DNA of 64,000 nucleotides, taken from NCBI RefSeq assembly GCF_035084215.1, contig NC_090328.1, positions 35,154,001 to 35,218,000 of the forward strand, written 5' to 3'. Each line of letters starts with the position of its first letter. Position 1 is the stretch's first letter. Origin of the DNA: Heptranchias perlo (lineage: Eukaryota). A program made the position numbers and the translations under genes. This document shows, in pieces, positions 24,521 to 37,900 of the stretch. The notes below the pieces were generated by a model. The model ran no database searches and was not told the DNA's origin. It saw nothing but the letters and a program-made list of their open reading frames with translations.

Positions 24521-26484
24521 ATCTTTTATGACTCGAAGACCTGCCTTGCCCAGCATTCATCAGGCTGCTGCTAGGGTTACGAACTCTGGTTGGATGTATG
24601 CCTGGAGGTTAGATCGCATGACACTTGGTCACTGCAGTTTGCAAATGTTATTGCACCCACCTTATAAAGGTTGGGGCGTCTTTGCTTGCAGATTCTTTCT
24701 TAAAGACAATTTGGCTTCTTGCTACTTTCTGCAACTCTAAAATTGTTTTTTCTCAGAGGATTAGCTCCCTGCCCTCCTAGTTACCTTGTACTTTTCTCTG
24801 TTTGTTTTCCTACCAGCCTTTTGAATTCTGGACGCAAATAATACGTGGAATTCAGGGCAGTATGGTATGACAGTAATTACTCAATCCCCTGTATAGTGTT
24901 CGGTCGCATGCACAATCATCAGTGGAGGAAGTTGTCCATTTAAAACATATTGTCGTTGTTTCTGGTGTTGCATGCTGCTTACAGGATTACCTTCAAAGGT
25001 TTTGTTAATGAAGACAGATCAATAACTTTTATGAAAGGCCTTGGTAAAGGCTATCCTATTATATTTTATTATTTAGGTGAGGGCTAACCTGCTCATTTGA
25101 AGGGACATTTTGTGCAGGATTTATCTAGTGTTTCTAGGATATTGAAATTGTAATGACCACAGACAGATTATTCCCCTCCTATAAGCATTTCCATGTAATC
25201 TGTATTAAAGCAGTGTTACTATTAACAGTAGGTTCTCTAGATTGAACAATCTACTTTAATGGTAAAATTGCTTTAATGACTATTACATTGAAATGTTTAC
25301 ATGAAGAGAATGGCTTGTCTGTAGTTATCTCAATTTCAAAAGGGCTATAAATATTCTTGTGACATGATACCAGAGTGTGAGTCAGCCACTTTTATGGAGA
25401 GTTCAGACGTTTGTAGATTAATAGAGAATAGCATGTATTATTGGGCAGTTTTGTTTTCTTCCCTCCTTTCCCCCCCCCCCCCCCTGCCCCGCTGCCTTTT
25501 CCGGAATGATGTCTGAGATTCAAAGCAATATGTTTTCTGATGTAAAAATTCTGTTGCTGACTGAGCTGTTCTGTTGAGATGTGCAGACTATAGTAAAGCA
25601 AATGTGATGCTAACTTCAAATGAAACAGAACTAGACTCACTTCGTTTCAACATAAAACTAATTGATCTGAGGTTTTTCACATGAGGAGCCAAGACCAAGG
25701 GCAGTCTTCAGTAATTTCAGATAGTGAGGGAGAAAATGGTGGATTAGCATACATTATTTTTTTCTGATTGCACCTCTGAGAAGCACTTTGGGATGTTTTT
25801 CAATGTTAAAGGCACTATATAAATGCAAGTTGTTGCTGAAAAAGTTTTCAGAAAGTTATGTGTGGAGGGTTACAAGCCAAGTTTGAATTGTGGAAGTGTG
25901 TGGACAGGTAGATATTTGGGAATTTTATTTGATAACATTTGGAAATCTTTTCCTCAGGAGACTCAATAGATTGTGTAAAGTGCATGAGGGGCTCAGTGGT
26001 CTGTTGTAAGAATGGGGAATAATTGACTGGCCTTTTCTCATTTCTTGCTTTTTTTAATGTATTCAAGTATCCTTCAAAAAATAGTTTACTCACTATGGCC
26101 TGGCTCTATACCTTCTGTTGCTACACTCCCCTCTTCCACCAGGACAGCAACACTGGTTGTTGACTTTGTTTAGGTCCCTGTCCTACTTCATGAGCCCCTG
26201 ACAGGAGGGGGAAAGATGATTTGTTCTGTCAGCTTTCTTTCCTCAAAGAAGATCTTTAAAAATTAATTGAAGCTGGGAGCTGACTGGAGATCTTTAAGTT
26301 TGTAGCCTATCTCTGAAGAAATAACAATGAAGAATCCCTTTTAATTACTGGGGCTTCTTGATCTGGTTCAGAAGCTTTTGAGAAGTTTGTTTACACAAGG
26401 ATGCTGCTATTGGAGATGATCTTCAGCTTAATGTTGTGTTTTTTTACACAGTTGTGCTGAAGAGCCTACTTTTTTGTTTTGTAG

Positions 26485-26599
26485 AATCACAACAGTTGTC
26501 CATAATATTAAATTTGGAGATACCGGTCGTTTCCTGTCTGGCTGCAGTCATAAAATATCTATCCGAATTCAAATTGGAGAAAGTCCTACACAATCTGAG
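26485..26599 (+). CDS. MSH3: MSH3 exon (exon 10 equivalent, 115 bp)
   Basis: ttttgtag/gtgagc; SQQLSIILNLEIPVVSCLAAVIKYLSEFKLEKVLHNL; phase matches the previous exon. Confidence 0.96.
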
Positions 26600-26715
26600 G
26601 TGAGCTCAGGATGATATGGTGATATGTTTAATTTTTCTTCAGCTTCACAACAACGTTTGAGCACATTGCACACAGGTCATGTTTACAACTGTTTAAAAGT
26701 AGTCAGAAAGAGAAA

Positions 26716-27110
26716 TTCCCTTAATGGCTTAGTGTTTAAGTGCATTGATTGATGTATTACCCATTCATACAGACCAGGAAAGTTCCAGGTTTGATCCTGG
26801 GCTGGACTGAGTTAGGTGATCTCAGCCTGGTTGATGGTAGGGGTGCTTTAATTGGTCTTGTGTGTTCCCTCTCACTAGCCCAGAAGCAATCAGCCAGGGT
26901 TAGCACTCCTGTTCACTATCCAGTGATTCATACTGGAAAGTGTGTGCGTGGGTGGGTGCCAGGATCAAGTTCACCAGCACTGACTGGTGAACTTACACAT
27001 GAAGAATGGCCACTTGAGAGAAGCTCTGGAGAGCCTCCGGCACCCATAGAATTCTGTAGCTACCCTCACCCCTATTTCCAGGAGGACATGAGTTAGCACC
27101 TTCAGGAGAG
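26716..27110 (+). mobile_element. tRNA-derived SINE (AmnSINE2-like)
   Basis: tggcttagtg A box; cagaccaggaaagttccaggtttgatcc B box; ctgagttaggtgatctcagcc; aatcagccagggtt; reverse copies elsewhere in the window. Confidence 0.65.
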
Positions 27111-27443
27111 GAGGTGCCTTATTGCCCTATTGGTTTTTATTTTTTTTTAAAGAATCTGGATTGGCATAAAGCCAATCTTTATACATAGGTCGATGTATTT
27201 TATAAGGTTGGTAGACGATGGTAGTTTTTGATTTCCAGTGTGTATGGGTTGGGGAAAGTGATCTTGTTTGTGTGTTTTGGAGTTTTACTACGCTGCTAAC
27301 AAAAACTTGGCACATCTCATTCAAATAGTGACATCTAAATACCAGTCTTGTTTTGTTATCCAACATTGTTTAATATCTGCTCTTAAAACGAGATACAAAT
27401 CGAATTTTCAATCAGTGTGTGGTAGAATACAAAATAATCCTGA

Positions 27444-29533
27444 TCATAGAATGCTTACAGCACAGAAAGAAACCTTTTGGCCCATCGAGCCTGTGCCGGC
27501 TCTTTGTACCAGCAATCCAGTTAGCCCCATTTCCCCGCTCCTTCCCCGTAGCCCTGCAAATTTTTTCCCTTCAAGTATTTATCCAATTCCTTTTTGAAAG
27601 CCACGATTGAATCTGTTTCCACCACTCTTTCAGGCAGCGCATTCCAGATCATAACTACTCGCTGCGTAATAAAGTTCTTCCTCATGTCGCCTTTGGTTCT
27701 TCTGCCAATCATCTTCAATCTGTGTCCTCTGGTTCTCGACCCTTCCGTCAATGGGAACAGTTTCTCTTCATTTACTTTATCTAATCCCTTCATGATTTTG
27801 AACACTTCTATCAAATCTCCTCTCAACCTTCTCTGCTCTAAGGAGAACAATTGTACAGGGCTTTGGTGAGACCACACCTGGTGTACTGTGCACGGTTTTG
27901 GTCTCCTTATCTAAGGAAGGAGATACTCGCCTTAGAGGCGGTGCAACGAAGGTTCACTAGATTGATTCCTGGGATGAGAGGGTTGTCCTGGGATGAGAGG
28001 ATTGTCCTATGATGAGAGATTGAGTAGAATGGGCCTGTATCCTCTGGAGTTTAGAAGAATGAGAGGTGATCTCATTGAAACATATAAGATTCTGAGGGGG
28101 CTTGACAGGGTAGTTGCTGAGAGATTGTTTCCCCTGGCTAGAGAGCCTTCTAGACTTAGGGGGCACAGTCTCAGGATAAGGGGTCGGCCAATTAGGATTG
28201 AAATGAGGAGGAATTTCTTCACTCAGAGGGTTCTGAATCTTTGGAATTCTCTACCCCAAAGAGCTGTGGATGCTGAGTGGTTGAGTATATTCAAGGCTGA
28301 GATAGATAGATTTTTGGACTCTAGGGGAATCAAGGGATATGGGGATCAGGCAGGAAAGTGGAGCTGAGGTCGAAGATCAGCCATGATCTTATTAAATGGT
28401 GGAACAGGCTCGAGGGGCCGTATGGCCTATTTCTGCTCCTATTTCTTATGTTTCTTATGATAACAACCCCAGCTTCTCCAGTCTATCCACATAACTGAAG
28501 TCCCTCATCCCTGGAACCATTCTAGTAAATCTTTTCTGCACCCTTAAGGCCTTTAGGTGTTATCTATCTCTGAAGGCCTTCACAACCTTCCTAAAGTGCA
28601 GTGCCCAGAATTGGACACAATACTCCCAGTTGTGGCCGAACCAGTGTTTTATAAAGGTTCAACATAACTTCCTTACTTTTGTACTCTATGCCTCTATTTG
28701 TAAAGCCCAGGATCCTGTATGCTTTTTTTAGCCGCTTTCTCAACCTGTCCTGCCACCTTCAAAGATTTGTGGACATATTTCCCCAGGTTGCTCTGTTCCT
28801 GCACCCCCTTTAGAATTGTACCATTTAGTTTATATTGCCTCTCCTCATTCTTCCTGCCAAAATGTATCACTTCGCACTTCTCTGCATTAAATTTAATCTG
28901 CCATGTCTCTGCCCATTCCACCAGCCTTTCTATGTCCTCTTGAAGTCTGTTATCCTCCTCACTGTTTACTACACTTCCAAGTTTTGTGTCATCTGCAATA
29001 TTTGAAATTGTTGCCCTGTACACCCAAGTCCAAGTCATTAATATATATCAAGAAAACAATGGTCCCAGTACCGACCCCTGGGGAACACCACTGTATGCAG
29101 TCCTCCAGTCCGAAAAACAACCGTTCACCACTACTCTCTTTCCTGTCACTTAGCCAATTTCATATCCATGCTACCACTGCCCCTGTTTTTCCATAGGCTT
29201 GTCAGCAAAATTGAAGCCCATCATGTGGCATTTTATCAAACGCCTTTTGAAAGTCCATATACATGACATCAACAGCATTGCCCTAATCAAGTCTCTCTGT
29301 TACCTCATCAAAAAACTCAATCAGGTTAGTTATACACGATTTTCCTTTAACAAATCCGTGCTGGTTTCCGTTATTAGTCCATACTTGTTCAAGTGACTAT
29401 TAATTTTGTCCCGGATTATCGTTTCTAAAAGCTTCCCCACCATTGAGGTTAAACTGACTGGCCTATAGTTGCTGGGTTTATCCTTACACCCTTTTTTCAA
29501 CAAGGGTGTGACATTTGCAATTCTCCAGTCCAT
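27444..29533 (-). mobile_element. CR1 LINE (RT to 3' end), interrupted at 27851-28461
   Basis: Minus ORFs DWRIANVTP...NYRPVSLTS, ADDTKLG, LFSLEQRRLRGDLI; very similar to 12560-13990. Confidence 0.9.
27851..28461 (+). mobile_element. CR1 3' fragment nested antisense in a CR1
   Basis: ORF 27993..28367; tail ttcttatgtttcttatg; AACAA on both flanks. Confidence 0.9.
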
Positions 29534-30461
29534 TGATGATTCAAAGTTGTTCTTTTACACTAAAAAAAATTGAATTAAGCAATGTAAATAACACCACAAA
29601 TTGGGAATTTAGTACAAAAAAGTGACTTATCAGATGATTTGAATTAAGCAACTTTGAATATGGATCACTATGGTGCGGCAGTTTCTCCAAGGAAAATAAT
29701 GAACGTGTTAGAAAGCTCTTAAGCCTAATATTAAGCCAAGTAATAATTATCTCCTGATTTTGAGATTTTCTGTTCCAGAGTAAATATAATCACTCCTTTA
29801 AAAGATGGGTTGATTTATCACAGTGTTTGATGGTTGGAAATGTGCACAACGGTTCGGGACTACTAAAGTATTTGACAATTAACAACTGTGCGAATTGTCA
29901 CCAAAAAAAGGTGCAAATCTGTGATTTTATAGTGTATATGCTCACTGGCACAGCTCACCACTATTGCCAGCTGAGTAGAGTTTGGACCTTTCAACTAACC
30001 TGAAGTCTGGAATCTGGTGGGGGTGAGGGCGGCATAGCAGGGCTCTAATTCTGCAGGACATGCTACAATAACAGCCAATATGTATGAAAAATAAAACATT
30101 ACCCTGCAAGCAAGTACTTTAATGGGTAGGGTGATGCTAGCTGGGCAAAAATTGGGAAGCTTGACAGCACTCTATTGTTTTAGCTGTTGAGCTGTGTGGT
30201 TTTAGCTGTTGAACTACATCAGTACCCCTGCGCACTCTTAGGGTCCTTTTAAACTTTCTCTCTGCCCACCTGCCCATAAGCTCTCCTGACTTCTGTAAGT
30301 GGAGTGATCCCAATGGGGAGGGAGAGCATGCGCTCCACACGGGCAAACAAAAAACTCGCTTTCTTGGCAGCTTGGCTTGGAAGCTCTTAAAAATAGTGAT
30401 GGGATTCTGTGTGCGTCAGCTGCAGACGCTTGGCTGACCGAAAACAAATAAAAGGGAATAG

Positions 30462-30636
30462 AAACAGAAAATTCTGGAAATGTGCAGCAGGTGGGCAGTA
30501 TCTGAAGAGAGGAGATAAGCTAATGTTTTGGACTGGACTCCATCAGTTCTGATCGAGTACCCCCGGAAATTCTTAACCTATCTTTCACTTTCAGATGCTG
30601 CCAACCTCCTGCATATTTCCAACATTTTCTGTTTTT
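30462..30636. mobile_element. Old inverted Penelope pLTR remnant
   Basis: aaacagaaaattctggaaat...atttccaacattttctgttt imperfect inverted arms, homologous to 49121 and 61684. Confidence 0.7.
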
Positions 30637-30841
30637 ATTTTAGATTTAGTGATTTTTTTTGACTAACTAGAAAAGGGAGGTACTGCAAGGCCGAGGGATA
30701 GGTACTTTCAAAGAAAGCAAAGGCAGTGCTGGTTACAGTGCATGGGTTTGACCAGATAACTGAGAAATGATGGATGTTTTTTTTTTCTGGATGTGTCCAG
30801 TAATTATGCAAGTACTGTTTTTTGACCCCCCCCCCCTCCAG

Positions 30842-30926
30842 TAACTTAAGCAAGTTCTCGCAGGAGTCCACGTGCATGTCAATCAATGGAACGACCTTGA
30901 AGAACTTGGAAATTTTGCAAAACCAG
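30842..30926 (+). CDS. MSH3: MSH3 exon (exon 11 equivalent, 85 bp)
   Basis: cctccag/gtacga; NLSKFSQESTCMSINGTTLKNLEILQNQ. Confidence 0.96.
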
Positions 30927-32219
30927 GTACGAGTAAAGAGTCAAATGAAATGACTGATTGCATCTAATGTTAACATTTTCCCTGTTTTCCTAGAGCAGCA
31001 GTGAGTGGGCTGCTCTTCCTGGGTAACTTGCTGATGAGCTAGTGAATGGATTTCCCATTGGTTTGATTTGTATTCTTCCTTTCTTTCCTCCCCCTCTCGT
31101 GCTGGATTAAAATGTTCACCTTGTAGACATCGCAGTCAACTAGGCACAGCAAAAGCAACAACAGTCGGCGAGGAGTGTTTACATAGACTTGTATTACATT
31201 AAAAGATGCATCAATGCGAGGACTTATTAATAGGGACATGTGTTCTTCTAGACGGTGCTTGAGGAAGGAACATTGAATTTTGTGGCCACAATAGCTTTAG
31301 AATCGTAATGAGTTTTTACCACTCTAACTCAAATTGTAAAATTCAGAAAATGTGTACATGTCTTTTTTAAAAAAATGTTAGGTATTTGTTATTCATATTA
31401 ATTGCATTGATCTTTGTATAACAGTAGTTCTGGACTGGATTGTAAAATGCATCTGTGTTCAATTGCTGCCCCCCAATCCCAATAATTGTGGGTCTCTCCA
31501 GATGTTTTTGCTGTTGTCTTTCTATGGAATATGACCAATTGTGCTTTGGCCACTTATCTGAAAGACTGTCCACAATGGGCATAACTATATGGGTAGTTCA
31601 GAACTTTGAGTGGGAAGTGGGGAGCAAAACTCCAGGATAACTTGAATACATTAGTGACTGTTTCTAGGATTTTTTTTTTTGCAGAGTCTTCTCCACTCCG
31701 TCAATGACCTCAATATAGTCCGATTTTATACTAATTCTGTTTATCAACAAAAAGAAAATATGAAATGGCTTACATTTCCAAAAAATGCTCCCTTTTTTAT
31801 GTGCTGTATGTTGGTAATGTTTTTTTTAAACAAAGCAATAAGAATCTAGCATTTTAAATGCAGAGTCTTTATAAATGAAGTACCACTGCTAATAAGTGGA
31901 CCATTATAGTTTTGCAGTATTCTGTGTTTTCATTTTGTTATAATGAACAGAGAAGGGTAAACTGGTATTCAGGATCACTGATATTTAAGACTGTCAATAG
32001 TCTCAATGTAATAATAGATATGTTTAATTTGTTGATGAAAATTGGAAGAAATTTTGCCTGTGCATATATGCTTTTTAAATTTTAGGTTAGCCAATCACGA
32101 ATCCTGAAACAAACCAGAAGGTCTTTTTTCTCACTCTTTCCCCCCCCCCCCCCCCCCCCATTTTCTCCCCAATTTTCTTCTCTCCTGTCTTCCAGGCATT
32201 AACTTTTTGTTTGGGCGTC

Positions 32220-32550
32220 AGTACCATGGGCACTGGTCTCCCTCTAGTACTTTGCCTAAGTGGCTAGTATTGATGTATAAATCTTGATATTACATATTGG
32301 CAGGCTGTTCAACATCAAAGTTTAACAGTGGAACCTGATTTTTGTCCTCCCCTGACAGCTGCACATTTGTACATCCAGCAGGGGTCAGTAGTTAGCAATA
32401 AGGTATCCTGGCCAAAGATTTCTACCATCTAACGCAGGGGCTCTGGAACCAATTGTAACATCCCATCTGCTGCCATGGTTGAGACCAACTAACTCAGCAC
32501 AGACTGAGGATCAAACCTGGGATCTTCATGTTTGTTTAGCTCAGCTACTC
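32220..32550 (-). mobile_element. tRNA-derived SINE (AmnSINE2-like), decayed
   Basis: ccagcaggggtca, aactaactcagcacagact, gatcaaacctgggatcttc: reverse of the 26716 family. Confidence 0.6.
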
Positions 32551-32908
32551 AATTGGGGCGTACCTGGCCCAATTGGGGAGTACCTGGTTTTTACCCATTA
32601 CCATATATATGAAATGTTTCTTTATTAATATTGAGGCTTAAACTTGTACTTTAAAGTTCAGAAAGATTCACTTTATGACACAAATCCTGATTCACCTTAT
32701 TGCAAATTGATCAGTTTACTGTTGCTTAACTTTTTAATTATACACTAGAAATTCAGTCCAGTGGTGGTAAAACAAGGCTTGTTTATAATACTCAAGGCAG
32801 AAACACCAATCAGCAGAATTGTCTTAAAAAACATGCACTGTTTGTAAAAATAAAAATAAAATAAAAATTACAAGCTTAAAACTAATTTTCTTTTGTCTTT
32901 CTTGGCAG

Positions 32909-33018
32909 ACCACTGGCAAAACAAAAGCCAGCCTACTTTGGGTCCTTGATCATGCCCAGAATTCCTTTGGAAGACGACTACTGAAGAAATGGGTGGCACA
33001 GCCTTTAATAAAAGCAGA
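32909..33018 (+). CDS. MSH3: MSH3 exon (exon 12 equivalent, 110 bp)
   Basis: cttggcag/gtgagc; [36 protein letters not shown] (MutS domain III). Confidence 0.96.
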
Positions 33019-34863
33019 GTGAGCTTTACTCAGTTTTTTCCAATGCTGAGACACGTTTAGAGCTGGGATGAAGCTAAATAATTGAATTCATTGTAATACA
33101 AGTTCAGCTGAAGAATTAATTCCAGTGGTGCAGTGCAGGTTTATGAGTACTTTGCACTTCAGTGAAAAAGCCTGGTACTGGTTATAAGGATTGTGGTTGA
33201 ACTGCAATCTTTTCAAAAGGAATACTTCTGATTTTTTTAGGATTAATGAATGCAGCTGTATTTTCAACTTTGGGGATTAATACTGTTGTATGTGGAGATG
33301 ATTAAACTGGAGATTAATCTTTTAAGGCCTAAAGGTTTACTACATCATATATTCTACACCTTATTCTAGCTGTCTGTAAATGCTTGTGAAAAAAGGCAAA
33401 AGCAGTTGAAGAGAACTGTGGGTAATCGGCAGTTACTTGATTTTCTGCCCAGGTCATTGCACGAGATACCTATTATTTTATGTTGTTTGTGATCAACCCA
33501 ATCTCCTTTTGTGTCATGTTATGCAGACCAAAGACAATTCTTTTTATCAGTGTGGTTGGAGGAATGATTTTGTTAATGGCAGTGTTTTTTAGAGGACAAG
33601 ACAATTCCAGAAGAGGGTCTTTAGTATTTCCATTTTGTTTTTCATGACATTGCATGTTGCTTACAATTTGTAATTAATTTTTATGTAGAAAGGATTGAGG
33701 GACGTGTCCTATAAGAACTGATCACTAGACATGCCTACCATTTCAGCCAGAGCTTTATGATGGAAGTGGTGGCATTGTTTTTTTTTTGGCAAGGAAAGCA
33801 TTGTTTGTGTGTATATTATACACAAAGATGAGTTACAGAGCCACTTCATGTTAGATCGGCTCTAATGCTAACTCCGCTAGTTTTTAATCACTGGTTCTCT
33901 ACAAATAATGCACATTAGGCAAATGAAAGCTTGGAGCAGTCCAACTGCACATGGCCAGAGATTGTATCTTTTTGTTTTCACATCTGTAGTATACAAACCA
34001 AGGTGGAATAGTCCATTCAAATATGACGTTTGTTTATTTAAACAAATCAAATACGTTTGCAAGTAGCTCTGTTTTGTGCAAATGACATTGCTATTCATTG
34101 TCTCCTCAGGGACGCGTGAGTGGAGAGGGCTTAGAGGTGACAATAGCAGGTACAGTGTCAGCTATTAGGGTTGCACCATATGTGGATTAGTGGAGAACTC
34201 ATGCTCTGGGGAGTCTAAGGAGAGGAGGGATGAGGAAATAGAGGAGCAGAGGTGAGAAGAGGGGAAGGGAATCTGATAAAATCTGCAACTTGAAAGATTT
34301 TATGCAAAAAGAATATCCAAATGTGATGAAAAGGTTGGCTTCAGTATTTGGAGGCCACCATTGACCAGAAGCGTACTTGGTCCAGCCGTATCAAGAACAG
34401 AGGCAGAGACGAATGGCTCACCACTTGACCCCTCAAATCCTCTCCTCCATCTACAAGACCCATGCCAGGAGTGTGATGAAATACTTTTTACTTGTCTGGA
34501 TGGGTGCAGCCGCAACAACACTCAAGAAACTTGACATCATCCAGGACAAAGCAGTTTGTTGATCGATGTCCCTGCCACTGGACTCAATATCCACTCTCTC
34601 CACCACCGACACATTGTGGCTGTAGTACGTACGATTTACAGGATGCACTGCAGCATTTCACCAAAGTTACTTTGACTGCACCTCTCTCTCCCTTGCGGCC
34701 TCTATCACAGATAGGGACAAGAGTAGCATTGGTTTGGAAATATCATAATCCCCACGTCACTCACCATCCTGACTTGGACATATAGGGGGTTGAATTCGTT
34801 AACCCCTGAATCCATGGGTAGGTATCGCAGTGCGCGGTTAACTGCTTCCGATGCAGGCAGCAC

Positions 34864-36700
34864 GTGACGGCAGGCAAGATTGCTGGACCGGCAAGAAAGT
34901 GCGCACCAAGGTTCTCGGATGACGTACTGGAGGCCCTGGTGGAGGGAGTGGACGAAAGGAGGGCCATCCTGTACTCGCAGGGTGGCAGGAGACCCTCTAG
35001 ACACCAGCTGCAGAGGCAGTGGGAGGCTATGGCCCAGAAGGTGAATGTCAGGGGTGTGACACCGCACACGTGAGTGCAATGCCGAGAAAAGTTCAATGAT
35101 TTGACTCAAATGGTCAAGGTGAGTGAATGCAAGTGTCAAGTGGCATATCCTACCAACTGCTTCACGCACGACACCCACCCCCCAACAAACGTTGCCCATC
35201 CGTACGCAACGCTGCACTTCGCATGCTGCATCTCACCCTCACATAATACCACACAACCACCACTCACAGGTCAAACACACTGGCAGCTATTCAACCATGA
35301 CAGGCACATCACCCAGGCACCTTGCAGGACACTCACTGACACACTTCCCTTTGTCTTGCAGGAAAAGGGAGCAGCAGGAGAGACCTGAGGGAGGACAGGC
35401 ACGCCTGCACCTCCTCGCCCCCCTGGAGAAGACAGTGTTGAGCATCATTGGGCGGGCCATTGCTGCAGACGTGGCCACAGGCAGTGCTGGAGGCTCGCGA
35501 AGGCGGTCTCTGCATATCTAATGCTCCTTCTCGTTTCCCACATCCCCTTCATCCCACAATCTTTTCTGTCTCATTTGCTGCAGATGGTGTCAGCACACAT
35601 GTCTTACTTGCTCCTCTCCCCGCTCCGCAACTCAACCCGTCTCCCTTTGTCATTGCAGATACCCAAGAACTGGAGCCGGCACCATCCGAGGTGGAGGGGG
35701 AGGAAGACAGTGAGAATGAAGCCACACCGTCACTTGATCTGATTCTCACATCCACCAGCTCAGATACTGACACTGTGCATCATTTAGATGTTAGGTTAGA
35801 GGAGGGATCTGCACGTGGTGAGACACCGGGCACAAGTGCGCAGGAGCCGGGGTGGGGGGAATTGATAACGCAGGTGCCAGCTCACCGGAGGGCGAGGTCG
35901 CACAATGGTTCTGCTGCCGAGGTGTCAGATGATGACGGGCCAGGCTACAGAAGACAGCTGTTGAGTGTACACCATCAAATGCTCAGTGCACTGAAAAGCC
36001 TGCTAGAAAGCTTGCATGCAATGTCAAGGAGAATGGAGGCGTCCACCTCGATCTTGGCACAGGGCTTTGCGCAGAGCTTGGAGCCCATTCTTACCCACGT
36101 GGAACAGGTAGTCACCTCTGTCAGCACACCTGTGGAACCCACCATGTGGCAACATATGATGACTGTGCTGAAATGGAAGCTACAGCATCAAACAGCTGCC
36201 ATTGCAGCACAAACCGATGTCATCAAAGGTCTGCAAGCTTCAATTGAAGCTCAACGTGCTGCAATGGCAGCTCAGACTACTGTTGTGGAAGCACAGACTG
36301 CTGCTATCGTGGCTCTTGGTACCACTGGGGCTTCCAGGGCATCACAGCAGTCCAGCAATCTGTTCTCCAGCAGATCGCCATGGCAGTCAGACCTGCTGTC
36401 CTCTCTCTGGACGACAGCCTTCCTGCTCCCACCCCTGCCACTCCATCTTGCTGTTGCCCTATCAGCCAGCCAGGCCAGAGTGCTGCAGCCCAGGCCGAGA
36501 TGGTGCAGTCTGAAGCCGGGCACTCCTGGCCCAGAGCTGCTCAAGGTCGTCCTTCAAGGCCATCTGCACGCTCCTCCATTGAAGGTCAGCAGCCTTCCAC
36601 CACCCATGCTCCAGCCATTGGAGATGCACTTCGTAGGACCACTAGGAAAGGAAAAGGCACACGAACGACAGGCACTAAGGGAATACACGAGGGTGAATAG
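34864..36700 (+). pseudogene. Harbinger Myb/SANT-like DNA-binding protein gene (3 exons, disrupted)
   Basis: APRFSDDVLEALV...W...HT*VQCREKFNDL; donor at 35119, acceptors before 35362 and 35659; in-frame stop and frameshifts. Confidence 0.8.
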
Positions 36701-36897
36701 TATCAGTTTGTTTGCATCATTTCATGTGTTAATTTATAAATGTGAATTTGAATTTGCTTTTGGTGGTGATTTTTATTTCTGCGATGTGCTGCGGGAGGAA
36801 GCAATGTGTAATCATATGGAGGGCGATTCGATGGTCGTGTTGGAGTGGACTGGTGGAGAGTGTAGGACTGTTGGTGACTTGGGAGGTGTTGTTTACG

Positions 36898-37900
36898 TTA
36901 TTGATATCGCTCATGGATCAGGTGATCACGCAGAGCCCTGGCAGACAGGGCCAGTGTTCCTTGTTGCCCCCTTGCATCTTCCTCCAATTCCCCCTCCATC
37001 TCCTCAGCCTCCGCCTCAGCCGCAGCCTCCTCTGGTAAGGGTCTTGCCTGATAATTGGTGGCGAGGGCTGTTCCCTCATGATGGCGAGGTTGTGCAGCAT
37101 GCAGCATACCACGACGAATCTTGACACCCGCTCAGCTGAGTGCTACAGGGCTCCAACAGAACGGTCCGGGCAGCGGAAGTGTTGCTTTAGGACACCTATC
37201 GTATGCTCAATGATGTTGCGTGTGGCAGCATGGCTCTCGTAGGCCCACTCTGCACATGTCTGTGCGTTCCTGACCGGGGTCATGAGCCACCTCGAGGGTA
37301 TAGCTCTTGTTACCCAGTAGCTAGCCTTTCACTTGCCGAGCCGGTTCAAAGATACGTTGGACTGCCGCATCGTGACAGCTCCCAGACTAGCAGTCATTAA
37401 CCTCCGTGATGTGCTGCGTGTGGTAGCACACGAGCTGCACTTTCAGGGAGTGGAACCCCTTTCGGTTCACTAAGATGGCCGAGTTAACGTGGAGTACGCA
37501 TGGCAATATGCGTGCCGTCAATGGCACTCTGCACCAGGGGGAAGCCTGCAATGCGAGCAAACCCTCATGCTCACTCGTTCTGTTTCTCTATGTCAAGAGG
37601 GAACATGGTGAACCTGTTGGGCATCTCGTACAGTGCCTCCGTGACAACCCTTATGCAGCAGTGCACTGCACACTGTGAGATGTTACACAGCTCGCCAGCA
37701 GAGGCCTGAAAGGATCCAGGGCCGTAGAAGTTCAGCGCCACGGTTACCTTCACAGCCACAGGCAGTGCTGTCCTTGCCCTGCTTTGAGGCTGCAGCAGGT
37801 GACAGATCTCCATTGCTACCTCTTTGGTGAACCTCAGCTGTCGGATCCTCGCTCATCTGGAGGTAAGAGTGGTGTTCCCTGAAGGCTGCTTCCTCCTCCT
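36898..37900 (-). pseudogene. Harbinger (HARBI1-like) DDE transposase, frameshifted and deleted
   Basis: ALPVAVKVTVALNFYGPGSFQ...; CCMLHNLAI C-terminal motif. Confidence 0.85.

Noticed and set aside
35448-37124. 558-aa ORF as a novel gene
   Set aside because: It starts in Harbinger Myb exon/intron sequence, follows the last exon, changes frame and runs antisense into the transposase; a composite of decayed transposon sequence
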